Source of the DNA: Octopus vulgaris
Lineage: Eukaryota
DNA: 64,000 nt
NCBI GenBank assembly: GCA_951406725.2
Contig: OX597823.1
Coordinates: forward strand, 21,452,001 to 21,516,000
Direction: 5' to 3'
Translations under genes and position numbers: made by a program
Notes under the pieces: generated by a model
The model's database searches: none
What the model was told of the DNA's origin: nothing
Seen by the model: the letters and a program-made list of their open reading frames with translations, nothing else
Shown here: positions 28,786 through 42,542 of the stretch, piece after piece
Numbering within the stretch: position 1 is the first letter of the stretch
Layout: every line of letters begins with the position of its first letter

Positions 28786-28817
<32 letters not shown>

Positions 28818-29002
28818 TTAATAATGAGCTGGAAGAATGGGAATTAAACATCGGAAACATGGACAGAAAATTCTTTTTAACAAAATTTTGATTGATTCCT
28901 CTGGAACCAAAGGTTCACTGCCGACAGAGATCATCATTATTTTTTCAACGAGAATTCAAAATGCTGTAACACTTTGCCATTAAAACTTACATGTGTGTAT
29001 GT

Positions 29003-29047
<45 letters not shown>

Positions 29048-29293
29048 TGTGATATGTGTGTGTGTATGTGTGCGCGCGCTACTGTTGTTGTTTAGCGCCA
29101 TATCAACTTTGATTGAGTAGACATATGAACAAAGATAGATTAAACGTAGACTTATAGAAAGTTGATAGGTTTCTGGTACGACCTTAACTAATACATCCGG
29201 TTTACGATGGTAAATGTAATTTGGAAGTTATGACCCCTATCAACAACAGATCTAGCAATGTTTTATGCTATTGACACGTATACACACATAGGT

Positions 29294-29351
<58 letters not shown>

Positions 29352-29856
29352 GTATACATGCGTGTGTATGTATATATATGTGTGTATGTAAATGTATATA
29401 TATATATATATAGAATATATGCATATACTATACTCATGTATGTAGTATATTTATGTATATAATATATAGTCAATTTAAATAACCAATCAATTCAAATAAA
29501 CAAATAAAAATTAACAGACAAGAGAATGTGTACAAAGTAAGTATTAATTTGACGCTTGCTAAAAAGAGAGAGATTAACGTTTCGAGCATAGCTCTTGGTT
29601 GGAAAGGAGAAAGCTCTTCGTCGCAAAGAAGGAAAAGAAATTGCCAATAACACGTGTGTAGTTACATTACTGAAGTGACCGGAAGTATACTTCCAGTATA
29701 GTAGCTAGTCTACCATTGTACTTATCAGTGTTACTAGTTACAGAGCATATGTAGTGGAAAATTAAGAAAAACACACGTATAAATTAATAGTTCCTGTATA
29801 CGCTTCACCATTACCGTCATTTGGAACGCGGCATTTCATGTTCCAAATGCATTTGG

Positions 29857-29980
29857 ATGTCTGATCGCAATGGATCATCAAGGGGCCATTTCATTGCATT
29901 TTGTAACAAAGATATGATATTAGATCTTTGAAACAGAATGCAATAAAGTGATCCCTTGAGGATCTGCTGCATTTAGGCAT
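29857..29980 (+). other. Isolated imperfect 57-bp hairpin with 10-nt loop
   Basis: 29857-29913 aligns without gaps to the reverse complement of 29924-29980. Confidence 0.85.
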
Positions 29981-30248
29981 GAACATTCATTGAGTCCCAA
30001 ATGAGCATAATGATGAAACGTACGCAGGAACTATTAATCTATACTTGTGTTTTCTGTAATTTTCCACTGCAAATATCGTAAAAATAATCTGTCGCCAAAA
30101 GACCACGAACAAGAAAACAGTGAGGAGAGACTCATTTAGATTCAGATTTAAATAAACATTGAGTTCTTTGTGTATGTGCATGTAGATGTGTATGTGCGTG
30201 CTTGTCTGTGAGTGTGTTTGTATGTGTTAGTGCTTGTGTATTTGTGCA

Positions 30249-30291
<43 letters not shown>

Positions 30292-31762
30292 TTGACAGTA
30301 GGTGTATGTGTGCATGTGTATATGTGCATGAGTGTTTATAGAAGCTGCAAAAACCTGTGGAAAAGGACAGCCGTTATGCGTCAACTGGTTAACATCTACA
30401 GTGAGTTCGCGATACTTGTCTAACGGACTAGCTTTTTACTGTAGTGTTTTATTGATTATACAAATATTAGTTAGAACCACTAACGCCTTCCATTCTCACA
30501 CATTTCCTATATCATTTTATTTGATATTATTATTATTGTTGTTGTTGCTGTTGTTGCCTATTTTCTTTTTTTCTTTTTCTTTTCATTTTTCATTTCTATT
30601 TTTAAACTTAACCATCTGTTTTTCTTGCTCAAATATTTTTATCTTCTTTTTTTAATTCTCTTCTTTTCTTTGGTTTTTTTATTCCTCTTCTGCATTTTCG
30701 TATTTTTCTTTCCTCACTTTTTCGTCCTCTTCACATTTTTTTCTTCTTCTACTTATTGTTGTTGTTGCTGTTGTTGTTGTTGTTAAAAGGCAGTGAACTA
30801 GCAGAACCGTTGGCGCACAGGAGAAAATGCCTAGCAGCATTTCGCCCGTCTTTACTTTCTCGGTTCAAATTCTGCGGGGGTAGACTTTGCTTTTCATCCC
30901 ATCGGGGGCGATAAAAAAAAAAGTACCAGTTTAGTACGGGGAGTAAATGTAACCTACTCACCCTTTTCCCCCAAAATTCAGGCTTTGCGCCTATAATTAT
31001 TATTTTTATTATTATCATCATTATTATTATTATTATTTGCAGGGTTGGTATAGGGTTGGACAAAATTCCTTGTAGCATTTTATTATCTTCTTTTATGTTC
31101 TGAGTTTAAATCCCACTTTGCATTTTAGCCACCTAAGTTCAAATTCCTTAGTTCCTAAGTTATCATTCCTTATTATCATTTTTATTATTTCCATTAATTA
31201 AACTTATCTTCTATTTTTATAGTTTCTTCTGTTGTGCCACGAAATGCTTGGCGATATTTTGACCGTCTTTATGTTCTGAATTCAAATTCCACCGAGGTCG
31301 ACTTTGCATTTCATCCTTTCGGGGACGGTGAGTTAAGCACCAGTGAAACACTGGGGTTGGCGTAATCGACTAGTCCCCTCCTCCAAATTTCAAGCCTTGT
31401 GCTTTCAATAGAAAGGGTTATAATTATTATTTCTTTTCTTTCTCCGTCCTGCTTTATTTTTCTTTTCATATCCCTTTCTTGTTCTCCCACTCTTCATCCG
31501 CTAATATTCAAGTTATGCTGTCATCCGTTCAGTAACTAAATCCAAGGTGTTCACGGCATAATATATCACATTCCCATATATAGAATATCAACGTATGTAT
31601 TAATAATCAGATCAGATCTTCTTTCAGTTAATCTGCATCTCGAAATACAGAGTCAGGAAAGAGTTTTATCACAATCAGAAAGTGATAGTTGACGTTGTTG
31701 GCAACATCGTTAAAATGTTAAAATAGATTTGCACTCATTTGATTTCATAATGGATATTTAAC

Positions 31763-31834
<72 letters not shown>

Positions 31835-33240
31835 ATTTGGGGATGGTCATATTGCCAGTTTACTTTTATTTTTACTTTTATCCTACTTCCATTTATTTTT
31901 ATTTTTAATTTTATTTTTACTTTTATTCTACTTCCATTTATTCTCATTTTCATTTTCATCCCTTACCTTAACTCTTATAATTTTTATAATTCTTATACTT
32001 CATTTCTAACTATTACATTGTATTTCTTATTTTATACTGTATTTTTTATTTCTAATCTTTACCCTTACCCTCATTCTTACCCCTAACTTATCGCTTTACA
32101 CCTCTATACATGTTTATTTACTTACCTATGGATCCACCTTTTGAATATACGAGCGTCCGCGTACGTGTGTATGCGCATACATACATATGCACGCGCATAT
32201 ATGTACATGCATACTTCGATATCTTATAGCTATACCCATGTGCGCGTGTGTCTCTGTGTGTGTATATGAGTGTATATGTGCACGCACATACGGACACACA
32301 GCCGTGTGTGCGTGCGCGTATTGACATGAGTACGGGATTCTTTACATACGTTCTTATACACATCCTTTAATATCTTATACCTGGACCTAGAGGCGTGGGC
32401 ATATACGTGTGTGTATGTAGTGATGGGCGCACGTATATACATGTGAGCGTGTACGCGCGTAATGTCCGTGTATATATGCGGATATTCTGTTGTATGTATG
32501 TGTGTGTACGCGCGTGCATGTGGGTGCGTGTGTGTTTATGTACGTGTTTACACGCGAGTGCGTGTGTATGCTTATAGGCTTGGAGGCGTATATGTACGCG
32601 TGTATGTGGGTGTATGTATCCATGATGATATGTATGTACTAGAAGTCCATTTAATTCAAGGAACCAGATTAAATGCTCATCAGCTCTGATTTACAACGCA
32701 TTAAGTCCCCAGACGAAACTGTTGATTTACTGACAATTCTACAACTAAATTTTATCAATCTCCTGACCACCATGCTTGGTCCGTAACCTCTATACATCCC
32801 TTATCTTTACATTCTTTTACACTTTTATCATGTTTTTATCAGGTTTTTTTACTTTTATTTCTATTTCTATTTTTACTTTATAACCTTATGCCTTTACATT
32901 TATTTATATTTCTTTATATTTCTTTATACCCCCTTTACATCTCCTTACAACTCTTTATATCTTTATCCTCTACATTTTTATATTATTCTATACTTACACT
33001 TTTTATACATTTTTTATCCCTCGTCCCGAACTCTCGCCCCTCCATCTTCACCTCTATATATGTATTTATTTATTTACATTACCTCAACATCCAATCTTCC
33101 TCATTCTACATTGAGAGAAGAAAGAGATGGACGCTTCAACTCTATGCTGCTGCCGCATTATGTCGTACGTGAATGAGAGGATTTGCATCCCCAACCAAGA
33201 ATTTTTGATGTAACACATGTCCTTGTGGAAGCTGTTGTGC

Positions 33241-33318
33241 GCGGCTGAAGAAGGCCACAGACATACATTATGCATTGTTATAAATCTGTCTAATAAAGGC
33301 CCGAAACATATGTACCGC
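33241..33318 (+). ncRNA. Type-I minimal hammerhead ribozyme, intact core
   Basis: GCGG-CTGAAGA-A-GGCC...GGCC-C-GAAAC-ATAT-GTA|CCGC: stem I GCGG/CCGC, palindromic stem III ACATATGT, GUA cleavage triplet at 33312-33314. Confidence 0.85.
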
Positions 33319-33425
33319 TGAATCCTTCGCATCATGTTTTTATTTTATTTTGATCAATTTACTCCACCACCTACACCACCAAACGGTATACACAGGTGCT
33401 TATAATTATCAAGTACTCACCCCGA

Positions 33426-33487
<62 letters not shown>

Positions 33488-33920
33488 AAGGGTTAGGCAA
33501 AAGAATTTGCTTCGCCACACACCGATCTTTAGAAATAGCAGCCAAAAAACAACTACCAATTTCTTCTACTACTGTAAGAAACAACTCCCAGACAATATAT
33601 GCTCAAAAACATATCACGTAGGCAGAGAAAGAAAACAACGAAATTCACCCGGCATTTGATTAACTGTGGACGCGTTTCGAAATTAGATAGATATGAAAAA
33701 TTGCAAGAATCGCATTTCCATTCTGATCATTTTTCTCATCAGCACAGTATTTCCATATATTTTAAATTTAGTAGCACTGAAAAAACCTGAACATAGCTAT
33801 CTGATTCCAGTAACATCAGACAAATTATATCCATGACCAGTACCACCGAATTAAAAACATGCGAATGAGGTCCCATATTATTGACAATATATATTGACAA
33901 TATATTGACAATAAATAGTT

Positions 33921-34108
33921 GTCGAGTGGTACCCGCGTGAGCGGAAAAGACCACCCGGAAGACCTCCACGACGGTGGAGTTACGATTTCAAGAGGATGAT
34001 TGGGATCACGTAGATGAGAAAGGTGCGATCCAGAGAGGAGTGGACAGCGTGCTGTGACTAGCGGTGTCAAATGGACGCCTGACGGACTGGTCGGTCAAGA
34101 TGATCAAG

Positions 34109-34111
<3 letters not shown>
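33921..34111 (+). mobile_element. RTE LINE 3' end fragment
   Basis: VEWYPRERKRPPGRPPRRWSYDF...RSREEW, a typical RTE C-terminus; ends at (TA)n. Confidence 0.8.
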
Positions 34112-34163
<52 letters not shown>

Positions 34164-34579
34164 TTACATACTATTTATTAATTTATATGTGTGGGTGTAT
34201 TCATAAATACATATATAGGTATGTATGTATTTATACTGAAGTAGAAATAAGCAAATACTTGTGATGGCAAGTAGTTTAACGAATTATGTAACGAACAATA
34301 TAGCGTGTGTTAACTTTGTGAATGATTTTGTTGATTAGGAAAACGTATGGTTGTTTCATACATATGATGTTCTTGTTGAACAGGTGGGCTGAAGTAGACT
34401 GTGTTGAAAATTATCATATACACATGTGTGTGTGTGTATAGACGGATAGATACATACATGCATACATATGCATATATATACACACATATATATATATGTG
34501 TGTGTAAGTATGTATATATATATATATACATACGCTTATATGTATATATCCATATATATATATACACATATATATATAC

Positions 34580-34621
<42 letters not shown>

Positions 34622-34767
34622 GTGTACGTATACGCACGCACACACACACACATATATATATATAATTTCAAATTCTTTACATTTAGTCTATTTTTATGCA
34701 ATAAATTTTTAACGTTACATTGAAATTTCTGTCGTTTTTGTTTTAAAGAGAAACATATAACAATAAT

Positions 34768-34807
<40 letters not shown>

Positions 34808-34811
34808 CACG

Positions 34812-34849
<38 letters not shown>

Positions 34850-34949
34850 CACACACATAAGTATCTCAAAATATTTGTGCATATGTGCGTGTGATGAATT
34901 ATTAGGAAATATAACATCACAACTTGTATTTTATTATTTTTAATTTTTA

Positions 34950-36600
34950 GTGAATTGAAATCATTTTACATATCTTATTATAAGTTATGGCGTTAATGAC
35001 TTCCAAATATACGGAAACTATGTTAATTAAAGCATAAATATGACTTCTTATCTATGAAACGGATAAATGGGTATTTCGTTCGACAAACTTATTGTTTTCT
35101 CTTGAAAAGAATAAAGCACAGATGTTTAGTTGTTAAACTGGGTTTTTTTTTAAATCCCTGTAATTACCATTTGTCAATGAAAATTCTCTTTCTTCGTGAA
35201 TAATGCATATTACAATTCTGTAATTTGTTTTAATTTTTATAATTGTTGTTGAAGCAGCAAGATCTTTTAATTGGATGTTATTTCCCACTTATCTCAAAAA
35301 TGATAGAAATTAATTCAAATTTAAATCATTATTTACTACCTGCATCTTCGTGTTGTTTCCAAGTGACTCTAACTTCTTTATAGTCCCATGTAAGAAAGAT
35401 ATGCAGTTCAGTGATTTATTTCTATGTATACCTAAATTACTTAAGCTGTATAAAAAATTATTCCCTCGGTGAAACCCAGTTGTTCTCCGTGTAGTAAATC
35501 TGATACCGTCCAATATATTGATCGTCAAGCCAAAGTCTCTCACAAATGTTGTGTTTTCCACTTTTCTTATTATTCCAGTAAACGTTAACTTTTTACAACA
35601 ACAAAAGAAAAACGTGTGAAGTTTTGGATACACCTTCCCTAACTCTTTAGCAAATGTAAGGCTGCAGGAGGCCCATTGGTGACCAAAAGTCCGTCTATTT
35701 AGAATATTTAATATACTTTGAAAGATTTAAAATTTTTATTAGTGATTAAAAAAAAGTAGCATCCAAAAGTCTTAGGATGATCTATTTTATTTATTTCATT
35801 TAAAGCATCACCAAAGTTGTAATCAATTGACTCAAACGATGCCAAATTGTATCGTTGGGAAATTTTTTAATTAATCCTGTAACAAGTTCAGTTTTTTTGT
35901 CTACGCATAGCACACGTGCCGTCAGAACAAAATGCGTTTTTTTTTTTTTTTTCTTTTACACAGTTTGTGCTATCGTTACTTCTACTTCGAGCAATGAACA
36001 ATTATCTAATTCACAAAAGTTTTCATCAATAATACTATATACATTAAACTGATGAATTTATTGCAATATTCGCTAATATATTCTCTTTAATGGCTAATAT
36101 ACTCTGTAAAGTTAAGTGAAGGAAAGTGCGAATACAAACAGTTCCCAAGATATATCCCATTCTTAATATAGTATTCAACTTCCTCCATGCCTGATAAAAT
36201 TCGGTTTCTTTCCTGCAAGTTATACAATAAGTTTTAAATATTTTGCCGGTTAGTTAAATTTTTTCAACAATTTTATCAAAAGATATAATGGGTGATTCCT
36301 TTTTCACATCAATTTAATATATTTACAATATCTTTGTAAGACATTGATTCAAAATGTTCATTCATATTTTTTTCTCGGTCTCATGTTATACGTTTGCATT
36401 CACAACAAATATAAAGAGATTTTATTTTAACTATCTTCATTTGTGATTTACTCACATAATGACATCAGCCATGTGTTCTATTATTATCAGCCAATTCATC
36501 GGATTTCTTTTGAAAATATCATTCTTACATAGAATTCCAGCAATCTGAAAGCATTCTTACTAAACATTCCAGAATCAGGAAAAACACCTTTTCATTGCAA
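34950..36600 (-). mobile_element. Possible highly decayed hAT (Charlie/SPIN-like) transposase
   Basis: Weak ordered motifs NMNEHFES, VTNGPPA (cf. TTDGAPAM), YPKLHTFF and FYH.EI...KR (cf. YHxEVRW); many stops. Confidence 0.4.
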
Positions 36601-37039
36601 CAGAAGAGGCATTGCTAAATGATGCCCGAATAAGATTCTTTTACTTGCGTCAGTATATGGCCATGCTAGAGCACCAGCTAGAAGGGCTTAATCGATAAAA
36701 TAGATCTCAACACTTACTATTTTTTAAGCCTTTAGTACTTATTTTATCGGTTGCTTTGCCGAACCACTACATTACTTGGACGCAGATAAACACAAACGCA
36801 CGCTCACATACTCACATACATATTTACCCAAATAGATACATGGATATGAGGAGAGAGAGAGAGAGAGTCAGAAAGGGACAGAGACAGAGACAGAGACAGA
36901 CAGATTTACGATATTCTTCCATAAGGTATCCGTCTAACAAAGGAGGAGGGGGGGATAGTGTGGGAGGTTAGTTTGGAGGTTGACTGGGGGGAACACACTG
37001 TCCGTTAAAATAGCAAACTTCCTTATATATATATATTAT

Positions 37040-37140
<101 letters not shown>

Positions 37141-37235
37141 GGCAACCGAATAATTGTCAGATATATTACAGATAAATTCCTCTATTTACATAATATCGAG
37201 GTCTCACTCATTCTTTCGTTATTTTACCATTACTA

Positions 37236-37278
<43 letters not shown>

Positions 37279-37358
37279 GTATATATTGCATATATATATA
37301 TGCATATATATATATACATGCATACATATACATATATACATATATATATATATGTATG

Positions 37359-37417
<59 letters not shown>

Positions 37418-38310
37418 TCTTCTATTTATATAATATCGAGGTCTCATTCATGCTTTTGTTGTTTTACCATTACTATTAATATATGTGTGTGTGTGTGTGT
37501 GTGTGTATGCATATATATATGTGTGTGTATATGCATACATATATATATGAAAAGAATTTGTTCATTCATATGTTTGTGTCTGTCTGTCTGTGATTTGTGA
37601 AACTGTGCATGTGCAACATGTTCTCTACATCACCACAAGTTAGCTCACATATTAACATGTCAGTTTTGTAACTGTAATATCCTACTTATGTAAGTCTCCT
37701 GGTGACATTTATGTGTGCGTGCGTGCGTGTCTGCGAGAATGCGTTTGTCAGAGGTTCGAGAGAAAGATCTAAATTCTATTTCATACACACTACACACTGT
37801 ATCTAAGAAATGTCTCTAATTCACCTATGCTAAAGTGCAACGAAAGGTCAGTTTTGTCAATATGCTTGCTATAAATGCGAATGCCGAGAAGAAACTCATG
37901 TTATACACAAAAACAACATATATTCTGATGCATTTCAAGCGAGAAATATATATTCTGAAGTAGGTGTAATTACGTCTCCAAGATAGTGGTGAAAAAAGGA
38001 TATTCAGTCGAACAGGCAATATTCAAATGTTAAATAACATCTAGACGAAATGCAAAAGTCAAATCCATGGTAGATTCATATATGAAGCCTTTTGATATAA
38101 TTAAATAGCTCTAGTAACCGAAGTGTAGTGATCTCTTAACGGGGAACATTTAGATAATTACTAATTATAACCGACAAGTGTAGCGGCCCTTACAGATGCA
38201 TGCATACACCCTTATATATATATGCGTGTGTGTTTGTGTGCATGAGTGCGTTTGCGTGTGTATGTGTGTGTATGTTTGTATATGCGTGTGCAAGTATGTA
38301 TGCATGTGTG

Positions 38311-38337
<27 letters not shown>

Positions 38338-38341
<4 letters not shown>

Positions 38342-38725
38342 GAGTGGCTGTGTGATAAGAAGCTTTCTTCCCAATCACATAGTTCTGGGTTCAGTCCTAC
38401 TACGTGGCACCTTGGGCTAGTGTCTTCTACTGTAACTTCGAGCCGACTTTTATCCAAATCTTGTGAATGTATTTGGTAGACTGAAACTGAAAGAAACCCG
38501 TCGTATATATGTATGTATGTGTGTGTGTTTGTCTCACCACTATCGCTTGACAACCGATGTTGGTGTGTTTACGTCCCCGTAACCTAGCGATTAGGCAAAA
38601 GGGAGCGATAGAATAAGTACTAGGCTTACAAAGAAAAAGTCGTGGTGTCGATTTCTTCGACCAAATTTGGTGCTCCAGCATGGCCGCAGTCAAATGACTA
38701 AAGCTAGTAATAGAATAAAAGAATA
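38338..38725 (+). mobile_element. SINE family A, full length, diverged
   Basis: Head and tail match family A. Confidence 0.9.
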
Positions 38726-38740
38726 TATATATATCATATA

Positions 38741-38775
<35 letters not shown>

Positions 38776-38950
38776 GTTATAAAATGAGATAGGGGTTGTT
38801 CTGTTTACCTTCCTTTTTGTACAAATGTGTATTATATTATATAAGTGTAGCATTATGATGTATAAGTTTTTATATTTTACATTTTTATATTTTTATATTT
38901 ATATGTATATGATTATATAATATTTTTCACTATTATAACAAATTTAATTT

Positions 38951-39066
38951 AATTCTCTGAAGAGGCCGTGGGGCATCCTTGTTAATGCCTCATTTATACC
39001 TGCCTTTATGGCTTATAGGTTAAATGAGGTATGACTGTCCTCACTGCCGAAACAGCTGTCAGTTTT
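38951..39066 (+). ncRNA. Hammerhead motif with about 85-nt extended stem II
   Basis: CTGAAGA 38957-63; GGC/GCC, GTGGGG/CCTCAC and ATGCCTCATTTA/TAAATGAGGTAT pairings; GAAAC-AGCT-GTC 39049-60; stem I only 2 clean pairs. Inside a (TA)n-flanked module at about 38775-39265. Confidence 0.8.
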
Positions 39067-39264
39067 GATTTATTTGCATATTATATTTGAAATTTTTTAC
39101 TTATATCTCTTTATCTTTTTACTTTTACTATTACTGTATATCTCAGTTCATTTTATATATTGCATTTACTCATATGTAATGGTGTATTAAAGTATGGATT
39201 GAGTATCATCGGATAGTTGATGTTTTACTGATTTAAGTATGTTTCTCCATTCTCTAATTTTGTA

Positions 39265-39298
<34 letters not shown>

Positions 39299-39334
39299 GT
39301 TTGCGTGTATGTGTGTCTGTGTATGTGTGTGTAA

Positions 39335-39500
39335 ACGAGGATGGGGGGCAGAAAAGTTCCTGGATTTGGATAAAAGACAATACAGGCGGATCAGTTAATT
39401 GTAATTTTATTCACTATATCCCTCTCTTAGATTCACGCACTTATTGCAGAAGTCCATCAGTTTCTCCAAGCCTTGTAAAAGAACTCGGAAGTTTGGTCTT
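39335..39500 (+). mobile_element. Truncated mariner-type MITE (same family as 60537-60743)
   Basis: ACGAGG..GAAAAGTTCCTGG terminus and internal similarity to the minus strand of 60560-60743. Confidence 0.7.
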
Positions 39501-40362
39501 TTGCAATGTAACGCTCCAGGCCGTTGAGTAAATGACTAAAATAGAAAACTTTTTGGTGGGTTAATCTTTCTTTAGGGGTAACAGGGTGTATAAATATATT
39601 AAAAAAAAGGTAAAATATGTACTTTAGTATAACGGGATACGCCAATAGATCTAGAAAAAGAGGGAGTGATAATGTCATGACGTTTAGAAGCTATTAAGAC
39701 AGCTATATAGTCTTCAGACCACCGCTTGGGTACTGTGGTGGCTATTTCAGAACACAGACTTAGTAGTATAATTATATAATTGAAGGCCTTAGCCATCACC
39801 TCCCTTTAAATGTAGTCTCCTCTTAACCGTAGTTCCTTCCTTCGCATGATGCTTGTTTACATGTTTGGTTGTTTTATTTATAATGTCACAAGCGGCCTTC
39901 GGCCACCTAGAACATATGTTACTTCTCCATACTTTTATTTTTATTTACTTCTTTATTTGCATCTACCCGTATAACGGTCTTAATAGCTTGCCCTTTGTTT
40001 TTAAATTTAATTGACCAATTATATTGATGGCTGGAGTTTGGTCAATCCCATTACGGACAATAGGTGGTTGGCCTTTACAATATATCAGTAAGTAAATAAA
40101 TGTAATTAATTTATGGGCATGTTATTTGGATAAACATTAATTAGTACTATTTACATAATCTTAAGAACTATAATGATTTCTAAACGTTATGGCACTATCA
40201 CTCCCTCTTTTTCTAGACCTATTGACGTATCCCGTTATACTAAAGTACTTATTTTACTTTTTTTTATTTATACACCCTGTTACCCCTAAAGAAAGATTAA
40301 CCCACTAATTAGTTTTCTAGTTTAGTCAATTACTTAACGGCCTAAAGCGTTACACTGCAAAA
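39499..40362. mobile_element. Element with about 190-bp inverted arms, probable inverted Penelope pLTR pair
   Basis: 39499-39690 is the reverse complement of 40178-40362; a degenerate hammerhead (GGTGGT-CTGAAGA...TAAAC) sits on the minus strand at the inner edge. Confidence 0.8.
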
Positions 40363-40442
40363 TGGAATGGATTCAAATGTATTAAGCCTTTATTCCTCCT
40401 CTTGAGGCTCTTTTCCTTTTCTTTCTTTTTATGTATTATTCT

Positions 40443-40558
40443 TCACTCTGATGAAGCTCTATGTTCCAGATGTGTTATAAAATATGACGAATATTATTCT
40501 CAGAATTGTCTTAGCCAACACATAGGGACATTGGAAGCAGAAACGGCTGTTAGATGTG
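40443..40558 (+). ncRNA. Degenerate hammerhead with long stem II
   Basis: CTGATGA 40448-54; ATGTTCC/GGGACAT and ATGTGTT/AACACAT pairings; GAAAC-GGCT-GTT 40540-51. Confidence 0.65.
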
Positions 40559-40796
40559 TTAAAGATTCGTATTAAAAAGTAATAACCGATGGTAGTCAAT
40601 TGTTGTTTGTCAAGATTTCTCTATTTTCTGCTTAATTAAAATTTGATTCCTAATAAACTCTTGTTTATTTTTGTTAATGCCTGTATCCTATGAGCATAAT
40701 ATGCCCAGGGTTAACATAGGTAAATTTATACCGGTTGTAATATCAGATATTCTCATCCTTTAGACGTTTATTCCAACCGCTAACTCTACTATATAT

Positions 40797-41008
40797 AAGG
40801 CGAGCAGGCTGAAACGTTAGCACACCGGACGAAATGCTTAGCGGTATTTCGTTTGTTATTACATTCTGAGTTCAAATTTTGCCGATGTTGAATTTGCCTT
40901 TCATCGTTTCGGGGTCGATAGATTAAGTACCAGCTGCATACTGGAGTCGATCTAATCGACTGGCTCCTTTCCCCAAAATTTCGGGTCTTGTGCCTGGAGT
41001 AGAAAAGA

Positions 41009-41010
<2 letters not shown>
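40797..41010 (+). mobile_element. SINE family B
   Basis: Matches the family B consensus. Confidence 0.9.
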
Positions 41011-41068
<58 letters not shown>

Positions 41069-41494
41069 ATGTATGTATGTATGTATGTATGTATGTATGT
41101 ATGTATGTATATGTATCTGTGTGAGTGTGTGTGTGTTGGTACTTCTGGCTCTCACTTTTTAAGTATTCTAGTGTGTCAATACTTTGACAAAATGATGGTA
41201 CCTTTTTTAATTATAATGTTACTTTGTAAATTAAAATCAAATAATCCTTAATATTCCAATTTTATCCTTAGCTGCAATATTTTAAGTAAAAATTTTCCTG
41301 TTCTGTACTTTACCAGATGTAATAAGTTGTCCTGAACTTTTACAAGTGTAATAACTTGTCCTGTACTTTTCTAAGTTTATAATCTTAAGAATATTATTTC
41401 TCTTGCTCGCATTTTTCCATGTAATCCATGTTTTTCCAGGCTATGCTATTATGCTAATTAATAATGTGTCAATTGACAATTTAAGATTTTACCT

Positions 41495-42542
41495 TGTGCT
41501 TTCTTCTATCATTGAAGCTAGGATAAATATATTTTGCTTTTAAAATAAGAAAAAAAGTCATTTAGATCTAAACTTGAATTGATGTGTTACTTACAGGGAC
41601 CAGTCCTCTTCAAAACTGTTAACAGTTTTCAATTTGGTTAAGAACTGAATTAGCGAGAAAGCTCTGAAAGATGCTGCGTGTGAGTAAATTGCGGCGTTAA
41701 GAATATTATTCAACTACCGTAGTTGAATGATTCTTTGAGAAGTCTTAAAAACTGAGAAATTCCTGTCAATGTAAACTACTATGATTCTGCTTTTCGTCTC
41801 AGATTACGGGACTGTGTTTACATGACATAATTGCATTAATTATTAAAGATGGCGTAATTCAACTAATTGCAAATCAGCGGTGTCGCTGATAATTTTTTCT
41901 TTACCTCAGTGATGCCGGTGACATATATTAAAACTCCCTTACAGAACTATATTCATAAAAAAGTATAGAACTTTGTTATCACGCTCAAGTTTGAGAAACA
42001 AGCACAAATTTTTTTCTTTTAAAACTTCATTGTATGAAATTGATACTATGAAATTCCTCGAATTGAGCTCTATCATTTAAGCTTAGTTAAAATATAGTTT
42101 GTTTTTAAAATAAAAAAGGTTAATTATACTTCAATCCAAATTTTGCCTTATATTTTTCAATGATATTTTATGTTACAACTTTTTTGATACAAATTTTTGT
42201 TGCATGGAACCAAATCTATGAAATTCCTCATGCTTTCTCCTGTCATTGAAGCTAAGATAAATATATTTTGCTTTTAAAATAAAAAAGTTATTTAGATTTA
42301 AACTTGATTGGAGGCGTTACTTTCTCCCTTATAACGTTACTACAAATTTTGATGTAAACTTTTTCTACTGGACCAAATCTCATTTTTTTAAATATCAAAA
42401 TGTAGCAAGGAACCAGCCCTCTTCAAAAATGTTAACAGATTTCAATTTGGTTGAGAACTGAAGTAGCGATAAGCTCCGGAAGATGTGGCGTGTGAGTAAA
42501 TTGCGACCTTAAGAATATTTAACTACTAACGTAGTTGAATGG
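41495..42542 (+). repeat. Diverged direct duplication (41497-41729 vs 42231-42541; third partial unit about 42047-42230)
   Basis: Shared TCATTGAAGCTA.GATAAATATATTTTGCTTTTAAAATAA and CTCTTCAAAA.TGTTAACAG...GTGTGAGTAAATTGCG...CGTAGTTGAATG. Confidence 0.85.

Noticed and set aside
32630-32690. Minus-strand CTGATGA with CATTTAAT/ATTAAATG stem
   Set aside because: GAAA is missing; at best a dead relic and not counted.
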